The notes below the pieces were generated by a model. The model had not been told where the DNA came from. It saw nothing but the letters and a program-made list of their open reading frames with translations, and did not search any database. 64,000 bases of DNA. It comes from Macrostomum lignano. Lineage: Eukaryota. Shown in pieces: positions 62,921 through 64,000 of this stretch (positions within the stretch are counted from its first letter, which is position 1; every line of letters begins with the position of its first letter). Made by a program: the position numbers and the translations under genes. The stretch spans positions 346,760-410,759 of the forward strand of contig NIVC01000639.1 of NCBI GenBank assembly GCA_002269645.1, written 5' to 3'.

Positions 62921-64000
62921 TTGCACCAGATGGGTGAAATTTTAAGGTTGGGCATGTAAGTATATTCTCATATTTACACAATATTGATTCAAAGTTGGAG
63001 CCAAAATACAAGTAAACTTCCATTTAAAATAGAAAAAATTATGCCATTTTTTAAAATATATATCAATGGTGTTTTTTTCTTTGTTGTATTATCCAAAATG
63101 GCATAAAAACAGGACAAAACAATGATCTCATTTCCAGCTCTTCCTACAACTCCAGTAATGGCACTGATTTTTGGGTAAATGGCAAGAGTAACTATTACCA
63201 CTGTTTTGTAAGAAAGTGATTTATCATCTAATTAGTCAAGTTGATTTTAATTTTACTATCAAGTTTCATTGCATTGGGCATTATGTGTTTATAAGCATGT
63301 ATGTACATGAATACACTTGGCTATATGGCTTATTTTTTATCATAAAAGCAACTTAACTATGAAAGAAGAATAAGCAAAGTTAATGTAATGTTTGGGTAAA
63401 TGGTAGGAATAACTATAACTGTATTATAAGGGCTAAATGCCTTATCAGCTAATTAGGCCCTAATACTACTTTTAGAATTTTTTGAATGGGCATTTTTGCA
63501 GCTTACCTTGGCTGGGCCCCTTGCCAGCCAGCTAGATTGGCTTGGTATTGCATCTAGATGATCTATATAAGGACAAAAGTGGCATAATCCTGTATTAATC
63601 CATATATTAAAAATGGTCTGTCAGTAGGTAGGTATGTGTGTGATTGATTCTAGAAAAAATGGCTGAACTGATTTTCTTCACACTTGCACTATTCAATCAG
63701 AATTATAGTCTAAGGATTAAAATTCCAATATATAGCATATTACTTTTTGAGAATAAAAAAAAACTATTAGTTGTATTTTGCAAAGCACTAATGCAAAAAC
63801 ATCTACTAAAAATGCTAAAAATGACATATTAGGAATGAAAATCCACCGAATAGTTCAATAGTTATATCATCATATGTCATGTAACTGGCCTATAAGGATT
63901 AGGTTGGTTAGGCTATGTATTGGTTTCCCGACAGACATTTAGACAGACATTCAGAAATCATTCAGTAAATGTTTAACAAAATTGTCTATTTAGTACACAA

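Overview
This is eukaryotic (animal) genomic DNA. GC-rich exons are embedded in introns and spacers that are mostly filled by locus-specific minisatellites, which explains most of the long low-complexity ORFs in the track. The organism looks like a free-living flatworm such as Macrostomum (inference from style only). Plus strand: the 3' part of a FAT1/2/3-type (Fat-like) giant cadherin, in 7 exons between 10204 and 28220 (cadherin repeats, LamG, 4 EGF, TM, tail with DDQG|YHWDTSDW). Minus strand, reading from the right: PPP1R2 (inhibitor-2), NDUFB9, a large 6-exon C2H2 zinc-finger gene with a near-intact mariner in intron 5, FRA10AC1, a LamG/ConA-like domain gene and an intronless, truncated EGFR-ectodomain pseudogene. 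There are also two tRNA-derived SINEs and a decayed Gypsy integrase. Three observations stand out. (1) Both splice sites of the last Fat intron are tandemly multiplied in frame (7 donors x 4 acceptors) across the conserved GYHWD motif. (2) Four co-oriented genes each begin at a splice-acceptor-like AG at or near the start of coding, and FRA10AC1 has no ATG of its own; this suggests a spliced-leader trans-spliced operon in which the leader AUG supplies a start codon. (3) The EGFR pseudogene ends in a perfect fold-back hairpin fused to a 1.4-kb (TTAG)n tract. Gene identities come from recalled family motifs, not database searches. Exon boundaries were hand-derived from GT/AG sites and frame continuity. 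Repeat boundaries are approximate.
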